A stretch of 63,051 nt of DNA, the filler included, from Hausera hauseri (Eukaryota): NCBI GenBank assembly GCA_046269625.1. It is 12 parts of 12 records of this genome, joined end to end, with 100 filler letters (N's around TTAATTAATTAA, not from the genome) between each part and the next. Parts side by side here need not be neighbours in the genome. Positions count along the whole stretch, not along the records: positions 25,700 to 30,256 come from JBJURY010529234.1; positions 30,357 to 34,348 come from JBJURY010834415.1; positions 34,449 to 40,124 come from JBJURY010208411.1; 9 more parts are not named here. The stretch is one strand, 5' to 3'. The first letter of the stretch is position 1. Each line of letters opens with the position of its first letter. The notes beneath the pieces are model-generated. The model had not been told where the DNA came from. It ran no database searches and worked only from the letters and a program-made list of their open reading frames with translations. Shown in pieces: positions 25,600 to 38,545 of this stretch. The translations under genes and the position numbers were made by a program.

Positions 25600-25699
25600 N
25601 NNNNNNNNNNNNNNNNNNNNNNNNNNNNNNNNNNNNNNNNNNNTTAATTAATTAANNNNNNNNNNNNNNNNNNNNNNNNNNNNNNNNNNNNNNNNNNNN
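25600..25699. other. Artificial contig linker
   Basis: 44N-TTAATTAATTAA-44N. Confidence 0.99.
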
Positions 25700-28600
25700 T
25701 AACATACGTTTATCATACAAAATCAAAATACATTCTTTATAAAGACTTTGGTACAACCTTGTAACACACTGGGAACTCCATTGTTGACTCCTTGGGGTCC
25801 AATTATCAAGCGGATAGTATATTGACTAATATATTTATTCATTCCTGTAATAATACTTCAAATTATATTAAGTATCAGGTATTAATTCCGATTGTTATTA
25901 CAAATCTTACTTTTACTACAAACACGTATCAACATTAGCTATTTAATTCTATTTCTAAATTTTATGGGATCTTCCTTAATCATCTTTAATTCATCTGCAT
26001 AAATTTCATATTACCCGGTATTAATACTAAACTAGTTTTAGGGAAATTTCTTGGAACGTAACCAAAGAATATTTTCAGTGTCACATAATACATGAAACCA
26101 TAACAATATAATCTTTCAATTATAATTTCCGCCAGTAATGTTTTTCCATTATGAAATAATACAAAATAACCATAACCCATATGTTAAATTCAAATATTTA
26201 TTTTTATCATATATGTCAACCCTAAATCAACCATTCTGATTTATCAGATAAAGGCTAAACTTGAATTATGCCCTTTAGAATGTATTTACCTTTGATGGAC
26301 ACACTTTGCTTCAACGATAATTATCTAAACCATATACTAAGTTTTAGTTATCCACTACTCATTTGGTAATATGTAAACTTTCCATAGGTATTCCATACAC
26401 TTTGATTTTGACTACAACCTTAATTAGTATCTTAATATATAAAATTACAATGGAAATTTATACGTATCTTTATTATTTTTATATCGTTTAATATCGTCAA
26501 GAGTTATTTGAAATACTTTATTGTCATTTACTATAACGTAACCCGGAATATATATGTACAATTGTTTCTGAAGGTCTTTCAGTGAGTTTTCTGTCGTTTG
26601 TTTTAAAATTCTTTTTATTAGTTGTTTCTAATTATTAATTTTATAGGAATTATATACCATCTTTAATAACACCCAGAATATAGATGCATTATTTGTTATT
26701 GGTATATTTTATTATTCTACCCTTAGTTGACCCTCCTTAAGAAACTCCAACGTCAATAGCACGTCATTACTTCTTTTTCTTTTTTAAAGATATAATGACT
26801 ATTAACACATGGTAATCTAACGTTCTGAATTCATTTTCTGAAACAAAATCAGTTTCTTTACTATCTCAATTGAACATTGTTGTTGGTATAGGGGTTATGG
26901 GCAACCTTAATTTGCACCGAACATATAAAATAATAGAGATTGTCTACTTGGGTTTTAATCTTCGGTTTTGGCATCTTTATTTATCTCGTATCTGAAGGGA
27001 CAGAGTTCATAATAGATTCTATTTATTTTAACGTGTCCGACTTATCGGGGCAATGTTTCCCACTCTAGTTATTTCCCGTTTACCTCTATAGCAACGTTAA
27101 AACCAAACTCCCAGTCAAGTATATAATTTGGTATTTCGTTTTGTCCTTCCACGATAAAGTTGCTATAGGGATAAATAACATATAACCGAATCGACTGTGG
27201 TAACAATAATAGGAAATTACCCAACGAAAATGTTTTCATTATGGATAATCTTAATTTCACATTCTTATAGAACTACCCGTTCATTTCTATTATGGCCTTG
27301 AAACTTGTTTTATAGCGTATATTACTCCTACCATTTTATAGAGAGTAACGTCTCGACTCGTATATCTTCGGTTTATTTGCTGTCCGGTTCTTATACTAAA
27401 CAGAGCGTATAAAAGTATATAGTGAACACCCCTTCTATGCCTACATACACTATATCATTCATGGTTAGTGTTTCTTTATTACTCAAAATTTTGTATTCCA
27501 ACCTTAAACTCACCTATTCTTTATCTTCGTATTTCGCACTTAGATTACTTTATCCAAATTCTGCTCGGAACTGCTTTCTCCTAGAACGGATCTTGCTACG
27601 TATCCTAGGATATAAAGTTGATGCAAGCAGACTTTTATTTTTCGATCTTCGTTGAAGACGAACACCTTTATAATTTTCTAAAATTCTCGTAACAATGTTT
27701 ACTATCTAATTTTAATTACGATAGTATCCAATCAGAAATGATTTTACTTTAATTCTTGTATCAATTTTACTCCATACTATTAGTACCACTCGTACGCTCA
27801 TTTTTTACATTTATAATCAACAAGTTCGGAACATTCAATTGTCATCTAATTATTATTCTCCTGTCGCTCTGTTGTAGATACATACTACTCCGGAGGAAAC
27901 TTTATCGTGAGTTTTCTCGCCGATTTATTATACAATAAGTTATAATCATCTAGCGGGTCACTAATCGTTCAACATAATGTCTTATGACTTGACCAAATCA
28001 TCCGAAAACTAGACACCACCCAACGCTCATTATTGCCCGATCAACCTTATTCAAAATAGTCGGATACTCTCAGTGGAATACCAGTTCTACTTACGCTGTT
28101 TACAATATTATACGTATCATAAATGGGTTTACAATGAAGTCAAAGACAACGAAATTAATAGAAACAAATTTTAGGATATTACCATCAACTCGTCCTCATG
28201 ATGATCAAGAAGAATCATCTTTCTGAATTATTCGAACTAACTCACAATCAATATTCCTTTCCATACCTATCAATAGGACAGTAATTTATCATAACTAGTC
28301 GATCTGCTAGGACGTAACTCATTAGCCTGAATATCCGTAACTTTCATGTATCTTCTCAGCATTCGTTAATTCTTAGTCCTGTCTTCCGATAATCATTTTG
28401 TGTTTGATATGAAAGAATCTGATCTCAGCGTCCAACTTTGTCGTCACGGATTTATCGATCATCAACAAAACCATACGTGTTCTCCAGGTCAATTTATCGA
28501 TCCCATCAACCATGTTCATACAATTTATTTTGAGAAACATTTATTACGTTACAAATAGCGGCCATTAACTCATATTTGTGTTAAAAATTAAATAGATCAT

Positions 28601-29039
28601 TACCATCGTTTCTTTCCGTTTGTCGAAATTGATTGGTTTGTTCCGCCATAATTTTGTTCAATGTTAATTTCTGATCAATGAATGTATTACGTATATTTCA
28701 AGTGACTATTATCTCTTGGTCGGTGTGTTTCAATCTAGATCGGTATCCAATATGAGTTTCTAATACGTTCTGATGACCACGACGATTAATTTTAACTTCA
28801 GTTAATTCCTGTGAGCTAGTCTATTTTCAGAATAACGAGTTCTAAATATTTTGATGAAAACCAATTACTTTTGAAACGATTCTCACTTGAATTTCTATTA
28901 AAGAAATCAGATCGTATAATCAACGTATGACAATAACAGGATTGAGTTTAGCCACAATAGCTATATTTCAACACTGTGACAAGAAAAAGCACGTTAGTTA
29001 GTTTATGTTGAAATGATCGGCTTATATACCATATGTTCA

Positions 29040-29130
29040 GTCACAAAATCATAGGTCATTCTATTTCTAAAATGCGTCATTCTAATTCTAAAATTATAGG
29101 TCACTCTATTTTTAAATTTATAGTCATGGG
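29040..29130 (+). repeat. Short degenerate ~20-bp tandem repeat
   Basis: GTCATTCTATTTCTAAAAT-like units. Confidence 0.5.
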
Positions 29131-29327
29131 GCTTTCCATGTTTTTCCGAAATCATGCGTCATTTATTTGTTCAATTTTAAAATTATCTTTACATCTGATT
29201 TCTGAAATGGTGAATCATTTATTCTATTTTAAAATTCTGAGTCAACCTCTTTTGTTCATTTTTCAGTTAATTATTTTAGCCGCTTTTGAATTTGAATTGG
29301 ATAACAATTCACTCACACGCAACAGTA

Positions 29328-29599
29328 GGTTGAAATGCCCATCAGGTGGGGCTCAACATAAAACTGTAGAAAAGATAACGAGAATAAAAATATAAATATA
29401 TTAGAATGTTAATTAATCAATACAAGGTTCATGTGTTAATTCGTTACAAAATATTCGATCCTTTGTCAATGTTCGCAATAAAAATATATCGACCACAAAA
29501 TGTTTGTTCCATGTTCGCTTAGAATCTTTGTCTACTGACTTGGAATCTTCGTTTACAGCGGAGTCCGCGGAGTCTTTGTTTTACAGCAGGGTCTCAACA
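29328..29599 (-). repeat. Putative 3' LTR (~272 bp) preceded by a PPT
   Basis: Minus strand AAAGGGGGATAAA|TGTTGAG...TTTCAACC, a near-inverted terminus. Confidence 0.6.
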
Positions 29600-29716
29600 T
29601 TTATCCCCCTTTGAAAAAGATTTGGTCCTCCGGATCACTCTGAGTTCTGACATCGACGAAGCTGAGGTTTCTGGGTTGAATTGTCAGTGTCGCATCGTTT
29701 ATCGGGTTCATCCAGT

Positions 29717-30256
29717 TCACAGTCGTTGGGTACGATTGTCGTAGGTATAGGAAAAGTGGTAGTAGATTGATGGTTGCCGGCAATATGGACATGAAATGCC
29801 ATTTTGAAAAGTCATTTGAAGAGAGTCTTCTGGATCAAATGATTTGAGAGACTGGGATCGGAGTTTGTTGAAACAGGTAGCACATAATTTGTGGTTACAT
29901 TGAAATTGAACTACTGTTATTCTTTCAGTAAGGCATATAGTACATTCGTATGTAGGAAACTGGTCGTAATAGTGAGATTGTAGTGTTGCCCATAGGTCAA
30001 GAGGGGCTAGATCGGATATAAGATCAATTGGACATTTGCTGAAGACGGGAAACCAATCTTCTTGTAAAGATATTGGTAATGGTGGACTATAAGAAATGAT
30101 TGGTGTGGGTATTATTGTAGGTACAGGTACTGGCAACTCGGGTAATGGTCTAGTAATTTGTTCTGGATGATAGCGTGGGTGTGGTATTGAAGATGGTTGT
30201 CGTAAGAGAGTCATAACATTAATGTGAGGTAAAGGTGTTTGAAGAACAATCGGTGG
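29717..30256 (-). CDS. Pro-rich C3HC4 RING-finger protein, 5' end possibly cut by the contig edge
   Basis: CTIC-x11-CNH-x2-CATC...CPYCR in an uninterrupted ORF. Confidence 0.8.
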   Translation of the reverse strand, partial: PPIVLQTPLPHINVMTLLRQPSSIPHPRYHPEQITRPLPELPVPVPTIIPTPIISYSPPLPISLQEDWFPVFSKCPIDLISDLAPLDLWATLQSHYYDQFPTYECTICLTERITVVQFQCNHKLCATCFNKLRSQSLKSFDPEDSLQMTFQNGISCPYCRQPSIYYHFSYTYDNRTQRL

Positions 30257-30356
30257 NNNNNNNNNNNNNNNNNNNNNNNNNNNNNNNNNNNNNNNNNNNN
30301 TTAATTAATTAANNNNNNNNNNNNNNNNNNNNNNNNNNNNNNNNNNNNNNNNNNNN
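30257..30356. other. Artificial contig linker
   Basis: 44N-TTAATTAATTAA-44N. Confidence 0.99.
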
Positions 30357-33139
30357 ACAAAAACCATTTATTGTATCTCTTAATGAAAAAATTAACATAA
30401 TCGATCGACAATGGATAGTCCCCCATTTCAAGCATCGCTTCCTCCACTGAACTGATGTCATTAGCTGAAATACCTTTTAATAGAACGCCGAATTTACACG
30501 TTTTTATGGTCACCGGTTCCGCAAGATGGACCAAAATCGGCGTATACAAAAAATGAATTGTGTAACCAAAATACTTTCGGGAATTTTTGAACGGGCGACG
30601 ATGGCGACTGCGATCAGATAGTAATGGTTTTTCTTCATTGGTTAATTATTGTTTCTTCTCTTCATCATCAGTCAACTCAAGTTCTTGAGTATCCGCCATT
30701 CTTGTTTTTTTAATAATTCTGATTGAAATTATGCTTGATTATATCGTTGTATAATGTAAACAATAGTGCTTACCTTTGAGCGTAACAATCTACAGAGTAA
30801 TGTAAACTATGAGCATATGACGTAATAAAAATGTTGGACTATGCTCATACAATATAATAAACAATTTGTAAGTATGGGATTGACATTAACTATTAGAGCT
30901 TTGAACACAAGAAAAGGTCAAANNNNNNNNNNTCACAAGATTCGTTTTTCACAATATAGGAATTGATTAACACTTTCAATCGGAGAATTTGATTATGTTG
31001 AAATATTAGGTTCATCTGCAAACCATCTAAATACAGCTCCATAAACTTTAATTTTTCCATACATCGCTGTGAGATTAATTCGGATGTTAAGCCATTTTCT
31101 CCTATGTTAAATGGTGTATGTAGCTCATTCCACAGCATTTTAATTTGTTCCTGCACCATTTATTAAAAAAAAATTATAAAAAATAACTAAAACAAAAAAA
31201 ATCTCAATTTATTCAATTGCAAGTTTTAAACCAATCGCAGACATTTTCTCCACAGACCAAATAATGCTTTTTTCTTTTCCTTTATATATATACTGCACAA
31301 TGACCTTGTAAATGATGTTTGCAATTATTTAAAACAACGAATAAAATGTACTCACGCCTTTATACACATGCACACATGGAGAGCACAACGCATCATGAAC
31401 CTTGCTCAGTACTCTAACCTTCCTGCATACATGGTTCTCTCTGGTCCAATCACGTTAATTTTAATGTCGTTCAATTTGTCTCAGTGAGACGAATCGAACG
31501 GTGCTTATATGGACTACAGTTACTGAGCTATGGGTGATTTTCCGACCCCCTAAAACCATTGTTCGTCTTCCGCTCATAACTCCGACCGATACAGTCTGCC
31601 AGCGTCCATTCGGGTATCATTCGACGCAGCGCAATGTGGTGTGTCAAACAATACCCAAACGAACTCAATCGGTCTGTTGTCGACTGAGCTACAGTACATT
31701 ATGAGAAATTTGCCAGAGAAACCTCAACTGTTCCAGAACCGGCATACTCCTTGTCGGGCCGCCAGAAGAGTTTTTCGAACATGTTATATATCGTTCGAAT
31801 CGCGCTGCCATATCAAGACTAACTGTGCAGAGAAACCGACAATACGGGTTCTCGTTCAGACTCAATTCCCAAAAAACCTTAAAAGTACTCAAGTGCTCAC
31901 TGCTGAATCGAAATGATTCGAACTACCGATTTTGTAAAGATATGCTGTAGGTTTCGAATCTCGTACATACAATTCTGCAAAAGCCTTTTTGTACCAAAAA
32001 CCAACGACCTTTCGGGGTACAGCAGATCACTCCCTGAACATCGGAATCTTTGTATCCCAAGTAGGAAATCGTCAGGTGGCAAGGGTGATTTAATTTACAA
32101 CGCTATAAAAATTCCATAGTGCAGCAGATCCAATGACGATGATGCTCAATTATCATAATCAAAACGGTCTTCCAATTTTCCTGTTTTATTAAATCATCCG
32201 GGAAATTCACTTCAGGATAAATTATAGGTATTCAAATTGAATGTAACCAAAGATATGCCGAAAGCTTCATAAATAATTAGAAGATAACAAAGGAAATATC
32301 TAATTTACGGCGAATTACGATAAAATGCGAATAGAATGCGATAAGTAGTTTATCAAGTGTCACAATGTCTGTCAAAATTCGGACAAAATAAAATACATCG
32401 TGCTAACTTGTGGTTTTTTAAATGTTGGAAATTCTGCACTATATAGTGAATTTTGTAAAATTTGTGGTAGTTTCGACAACTTTGATAATTCTGCACTCAA
32501 TGATTACGATTAATCACACTTAACGATGTGGTGAGATTTTCGGTAGTTGTTCTCGTAGCAAAAATTCTGAACGAATTCAAAATACGATGAGAAATTAGGC
32601 GACTGTGAATTTCGATAATTAAGAATTTCGACGAAGCTGTTGGACTGACTAGGAATCGGACTGGTAACTTAGATCAAAATATAATTAATTTGTGTTATTG
32701 AAAATTGACGAATCACTAATCTTAACACCCATATGGAATGTCAAAATATCTCTGAAACTATATGTAAAATCAGAACTCGAAATGGAGTGTAAAAATATTT
32801 TGAAAAAAATTGAATACGAGTCTGAGTCATCCATCAGTGATTTTTTAAAATTATTCTTTCCTTTTTAGCAAAGATGATCGCAAAACAACTATGGCTTCGT
32901 TTTCTACTTCAGATTAACAAACGATAAAAGCAATTTTTTAGAGATTTCCAAGCTGATAACAAACAATTGGCTAAATCGGTCGGACAACATCAGTGGTACT
33001 TGGGTGATATCGGTGATTAAGATTATTTTGATATTTACTTTTGCGCGTTACTCAGTTGTGTAAAATATCTCCGTGTTTAAGAACCAACCGGAAACAAACT
33101 ATCATATGATTAGTAATTATTAAATTTGGAAAATTTACA

Positions 33140-33305
33140 TATGGTGGATCTTAAACGGCTGAAGAGGTAGTTGGTCAGTTGAAAAGGCCAGAGAGCATGA
33201 GCCGAAAGGCCAAAGCAGAACTCACAGCTAGAAACGACCGAGTGCAGTTCAGCTGTTGCTGTTTTGGCTAAAATGGGTGGTTGTGTCCGCGACCGCGACA
33301 CTACA
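33140..33305 (-). repeat. Putative 166-bp 3' LTR
   Basis: AACGGAGGATGA|TGTAGTG...CACCATA, with the same junction context as 8318. Confidence 0.6.
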
Positions 33306-34348
33306 TCATCCTCCGTTGCAAAGTAGAAACTGTAAGGCAAAACAGAAGGACACAAAGCGTAAAAAAGAAAGGGGTTTGGCGTCTTCGGTTTTGGTGTGTA
33401 TAAAACGTTGTACGCCATCTACGGATTTTTCCTACTATACGTATGTCACTGCGTGCTGTGTTTAAATGTGTGGTGTTTGATTGCAGAGCGGTTGTTTGGG
33501 GTTAAAAGTTTGTAAGCTTTTTGGGTTCATTATCTTATGTTCCTGGAGTTGGAGACGTTAGAGTTGAAAAAGAAAATAACTGAACCGAAGGAGACGATGT
33601 AAGAGGTGGATATGAAGTAGATGATGAAGGTGAAGCGAGCAATGGAGGCGAAACAGGCAGTGGGAAAACAGCAGGTGATGAAGGTGGAGCAAATGATGAA
33701 GGAAGTGAAGGTGGTTGGCTGTGGAACAATAGTAATTGCTGCGACAGAGCAAAGTCATTGATTATCATGGATTATCATGGACGAAGAAAGCAGGTTTAAG
33801 ATTTAAATGTGGACGTTATAAGGATTGTGGCCGTGTGAGACAGCAGTTTGAGAAGCTTATAAGGGCCGACGTACTAAGGAGAAAAACCGGAGGACAGTTG
33901 ATCGTTTAGCCATACGAACTTTGTGGAATGCAAATCTTCCGGAATGTATGGTTTGTTGTTATTTATGAGGCGACAGAATGAATCGGAACCGATATCAACG
34001 AAGTGTGAAGGTGTCGCTCGAATTTTCATCTGTCGGATTGTCGTCGATATCAGAAAGCTCAAATATGTCCCGTATTGGCGTTACAATAAGAATGGTGGGG
34101 GCGGGGGTTGCGCCAGCCGAGTAAGACAAAAGGTAGAATGGAAGTCCAGTTGTGATGTTTATCTGCTAGGATCTTTAAGGAGATTTTCATTATACAATGA
34201 AATCTTTCGAGGAGGCCATTTTCTCAGGGATGGTACGGTGTTGTATGGAAGTGGGATATTCCCAAGCGTTTTAATAAAAATATAAAGAGTCTCAATTACA
34301 ATTGCGGACCTTGTTCCGTTATGATATGGCGTGGAGAGCCAAAGCATA
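33140..34348 (-). mobile_element. 3' end of a CsRn1-like Gypsy element: integrase, S/P tail, PPT and LTR
   Basis: IITEQGPQ, HTTPYHP, NGLLERFH and KPYIPEDLHSTKFVWL. Homologous to 8320-10100. Confidence 0.88.
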
Positions 34349-34448
34349 NNNNNNNNNNNNNNNNNNNNNNNNNNNNNNNNNNNNNNNNNNNNTTAATTAA
34401 TTAANNNNNNNNNNNNNNNNNNNNNNNNNNNNNNNNNNNNNNNNNNNN
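34349..34448. other. Artificial contig linker
   Basis: 44N-TTAATTAATTAA-44N. Confidence 0.99.
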
Positions 34449-34961
34449 TTCTCATTACTTCATCTGGCACTGATAACAGATTGCAGTGACGCTTATCAAT
34501 TATTTCCAATTGACTAGCACAAGTGGTAAGAAAAGGAAAACTCTTTGTGGTGGAGCATTTTGGATATTTTTCGTAAAACTTACAAATTAGTGTCAGAAAC
34601 GAGTCTGATGAATAAAAATACAAACAAACCTCCAACGATAGCCAAATCCGGTAAATTAAATATTCCTAATGTTGAAACTAATACCATAAAAAGGCAGGCC
34701 GTATGAACGTCATATATTTTTAGAACTCCGCCGAGACGTTCCGATTTTTGCAAGAAAGATTTTCTCAAAGAAATTCAAGGTTCTGTAAAAGAACAACGGT
34801 TTTTCGAACATTTAAATTCGGGAAACACAACACCAAACAGTGGATGAGTCCACAAAGTTAAGCTGGCTAATCAGTTATTTCCATTTGAAAACCATGCGAA
34901 ACATGAAGATGTTGATGAAGAAGAAAATTTAGGTGATGAATTAGTTTTTCCACCTGCTCCG

Positions 34962-36704
34962 ATGTCACCGATTAATTCCAACAATTTAAGTTATGAGGAC
35001 GTTGAAAATGAAAGTATTAATGAACAACTGTCCGTCGATCACAATTTGCCATCAACTTGTAATTTCCCTTCAGTTTCTCATTCTGATTCCGTGGAGAATA
35101 TTTCAAATTTGGATGGATCATTTTCATTAATGAATGAAATTAAAGAGTCTAGAAGAAAGGAATTATTTCGCACCCGACATGGACAGCAGTTCTCCATACA
35201 CAATGGCGGATTTCTACCGAAGTTTCTATGATATGTCATCGTCGATTATTTCGGATTCTAAATCGAACGAAAGTGTATTTCTGGAATCACTGGTTCCGGA
35301 ATTTGAAGCCGTTACCATAAAATCTCCTCGTCGTTCAGTAGCCAAATCAGCTCGTGCACTGAGTTGGTCGGAAGATGTTAAAGTTATTATCGCGAGTTCT
35401 TCTAAAGGCTCATCGACAATATCGTATCGGCAAGACAACGACAGCAAACCCACAGACGAATGGGACATTTCCTACCTGAACGAATCGTCAGTGGAGGTCG
35501 TTAATTACAATCAACTGAAGTATGAAGTCCATGTTGCTCTTGATCAATCCAAAGGTGCGGCTAAAGCCCTTAATACGTTGTTGCTGGACAATCAATTCCA
35601 ATTAGGCGGTGACGAACACATCCAGACGTGTTCGATATTGGTAGAAAACTATCTCAAGTCCAAGGCCGTCGCTGAAAGTATTAAGATACCGACAAGGAAA
35701 CAAAGCGCAGTCGATGGAACAGTTCGTGTTGAAAATTCAGTTTTCTATTCGCAATGGATTTGCTCTCGTCAGTTTTTCTGAATTGATCAAATGCGGATGC
35801 AGTAATCACATTGACAAATTGTCGTATCTGTTCCATATTGTTGTGTTCGTCCGTCGTCATGGAAAAACGGACATATCCAAGTCCCATGTTTACACACGTT
35901 CCGGAAAAGCAGGCAATTGCATTCGGTTTTCCGCACGGTTCTTTAGATTTGTTTGAAGTACTTGAGTCGATGAAATTTCGCTGTTTGCTATCGGATTTCC
36001 GGTTATAGTTTGAGGTGTTTTATATGACTGTTTTGCCGAAGTATGAAAAAGCCAAATTAAAGAAAAAGTCACTAAAAACTCCATTGAAGAAACTAATTGG
36101 TTCCTGTAATTCTGTTAATAAAGTATGCAATGAATCTCAGAAGGCTGATCGGGCTCTTTGTTTTACCAATGTTGCCTCTTTCATTTTAAATGCACAGGAT
36201 CTGAGCACAGAACGATGTTCATTTCGGTTACCGATCAGTGTTCCACATTGTAGTTTGTTTTCAGGCAACGGGTACTATGATGCATGGCTGAAACTATATC
36301 TCACTGAAGAATGTATGAGTAAATTGAATGTCTATGAAGACATCGACGGAAGAGGATCATGGCGACGCTACCTCTGTAGATTGACGTATTCCGCCGTTTG
36401 CGGTTCTACAATCACCCAACCAGATGACGAGTCTTATAAACTACTGTTGCCATTTTACACGTGCGCCGGCAACTCAGAAATTTGCAATTATCGCATTTAT
36501 GCAGCGGAAAACACCTTCTCAGTGTTGATCAATGATTCTGACAACAATGATCACACACCACTCATTCCTCATCAGCAGAAAGAAAGGGTTGTTGCTAAAA
36601 TGCGCCATTTGAGTCAGTATCAGATTAATATTGTTGGAAAAGAAAATTATAGAGGCATTCCAGAATGTCCAGTGTCACAAAGCCTTTACATATGGATTCA
36701 GTAA
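34962..36704 (+). pseudogene. ANLN: Divergent anillin-like gene (AH and PH domains), disrupted
   Basis: AAKALN (cf. ASQALN), DFRL*FEVF (cf. DFEINIEVY), KTPLKKLI, and LNVYEDIDGRGSWRRYLC...PDDE...ENTF (cf. LTIFEDVSGFGAWHRRWC...PDDE...RNTF). Contains frameshifts and a stop. Confidence 0.78.
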
Positions 36705-36939
36705 TTTCAAAAGCCACTTTATAGCCGTGCATTTGGACATTGAAAAAGAATTTGAAAAAGAATACTCGAAATATACCCGGTCACCGAAAAGCAGCGATAA
36801 ATTTTAAGAGATGCAAGAACAATTGACTATGCGGAATATGCGGCCAAACACAACCGATAAAGACAAAATGGAAGTGCCTTTGCCGTGTTCAGTTCTGGCT
36901 CTGCGCAAACTGACCTAATTTCTCCCGACGTCAACGCAA

Positions 36940-37110
36940 CAATATCTTGCAGAGAAGATGCGTGCTTATAGTACCATGTCAAATCTTACACAGAACCATA
37001 ATAACATTCGGCGATTTCTGTACAACCAATGTACTTACTCATCACCATATGCTCTTGCAGATGTGCGAAAACACATAATGGGTTCCCATTGTGGAATTTC
37101 CACAAAACAT
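36940..37110 (+). pseudogene. Degenerate C2H2 zinc-finger fragment
   Basis: RRFLYNQCTYSS...DVRKHIMGSH. Confidence 0.4.
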
Positions 37111-37350
37111 TGTCGATTTTGTCTACAGGCATCCCGTCTTGACCCTAATGAATTTCCCTTGCTTCCTGACGACAAAATTCTCAGTTTTGCCAAAGACTTC
37201 AGTAGGCGAGCGAAACAAAAATCTGTCAGTATATCAAGCTCAACACAATACTCGTTCTCAGAAAGATGGTTGGGCAGCTAAAAAGAAAGTATTTATTTTC
37301 CTCGTCTAAAGAATTTATCCTAGCAGTCACCAATTAAAATGGAAAGCGGC

Positions 37351-37471
37351 TGTGGTGCCTGCGTCGATCGTTTGCCCTCCGGCCCATTCGGTTGGGCACG
37401 GTCGGGTATTCTGCTGCCGGCGCGTCGGGCGCATAGGCAGGCCCCGATTTTCTGCCTTGAAAACCGAAACA
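37351..37471 (+). repeat. GC-rich LTR-like repeat homologous to 8202-8318
   Basis: TGTGGTGCC...GCCCTC.GGCCCATT.GGTTGG...GCGTCGGG.GCATAG...ACA aligns end to end with the reverse complement of 8202-8318. No TSD is visible. Confidence 0.75.
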
Positions 37472-38350
37472 TTTGATTAAAACCTGCATTGATGGTTCGA
37501 AAATCACGATTTTGACTCTGTATACCGGCCAGTCGTTATTAATCCGAAATTCAATCACCGACGATATTTTTAAAGGGGTTCGAGTGTCGAATGGTGACAA
37601 TTACCTTGTTCTGAAAAATGTGAACAAATGTTGTTACCTCATTCCGTATCATATAACCCTGACAAGTCACAATAATCCGCCATGTTGTATTGGCTTGACT
37701 GATAATAATGGTTCATCATCATCAGATAACAATCAATGCCACCGATGTTGTCGTATCAATTTCCCAACGTTACCAATTTCATCGGAAGCGATTTGTTATT
37801 CGTTCTCGTTCGCATCAGATAACTGCAAAAGGATTCTATTGACGCAGATCCTTTTAGAAATTGGAGATTGTAAGGATTGACTTTTTCATTGTTGGCCTTA
37901 TTAATCCGCGAACTGCCCAATGCAATATTTCCAACGCAAACATCCGGATTGCATCCCTCTACGGTTACGACTTTTGTAATATCCGATAAAGAAATGGGAA
38001 TAAAACTGTTTGATATCCACCAATCGAGACAATCCTCCGTAATGAGATACCGTAACATTCCTAATTTGTCGGTTTTGAAATTTAAATCCGAATCGAAAAC
38101 GTTTTTAGTCCTATCAGAGGACAGATCATTAACAGAGATAATTAATTTATTCCCATCATCCTTTTCGATTTCATCGAGTTCCAATTCAAGCCATAATTCA
38201 TCAGGAAGATAATAATTGAAAGAATTTGGACATGACAAAATAAATGTGTTGACGTCTTCTTTTAACTGTGCCAATTTATTTTTGTCACGCACCATTTTAC
38301 GAGTGAGATATAATTAACACATGCTGACTTTAAAAAAAACGTTAACTCAC

Positions 38351-38545
38351 TTTGTCTGGCAGCTTACACGGCAAGTACATGACATTGCCATCAAAACTGT
38401 TCAGTGTCTTAAATCTGTCTTTGTGCTGAGCTAGCAAACTTATCTTCAACTTCTTACTGTCAATGATGGGTGAGAATGCGACATGATACAAATAAACACC
38501 TTCATGCTTACAAAGAATCTCACATAATTTGCAGATAGGTTGGCT
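38351..38545 (-). pseudogene. Piwi-family N-domain exon with a 1-nt frameshift
   Basis: Bounded by ttccag| and |gtgagt. Reads LSANYVR / LCKHEGVYLYHVAFSPIIDSKK...FDGNVMYLPCKLPDK (cf. PIWIL2 VYQYHVTFSP...FDGSILYLP). Confidence 0.75.

Noticed and set aside
25700-29000. Decayed viral or env gene on the minus strand
   Set aside because: Too many stops and no motif that I could support.
31340-31900. Non-autonomous DNA transposon
   Set aside because: It has a repeat-like texture and small palindromes, but no TIR pair or TSD could be defined.
33159-33215. Hammerhead-like CTGAAGA...GAAA and ATGAGCCGAAAGGC in an LTR
   Set aside because: Stem II is weak, and no pairing stem III or UH cleavage site was found.
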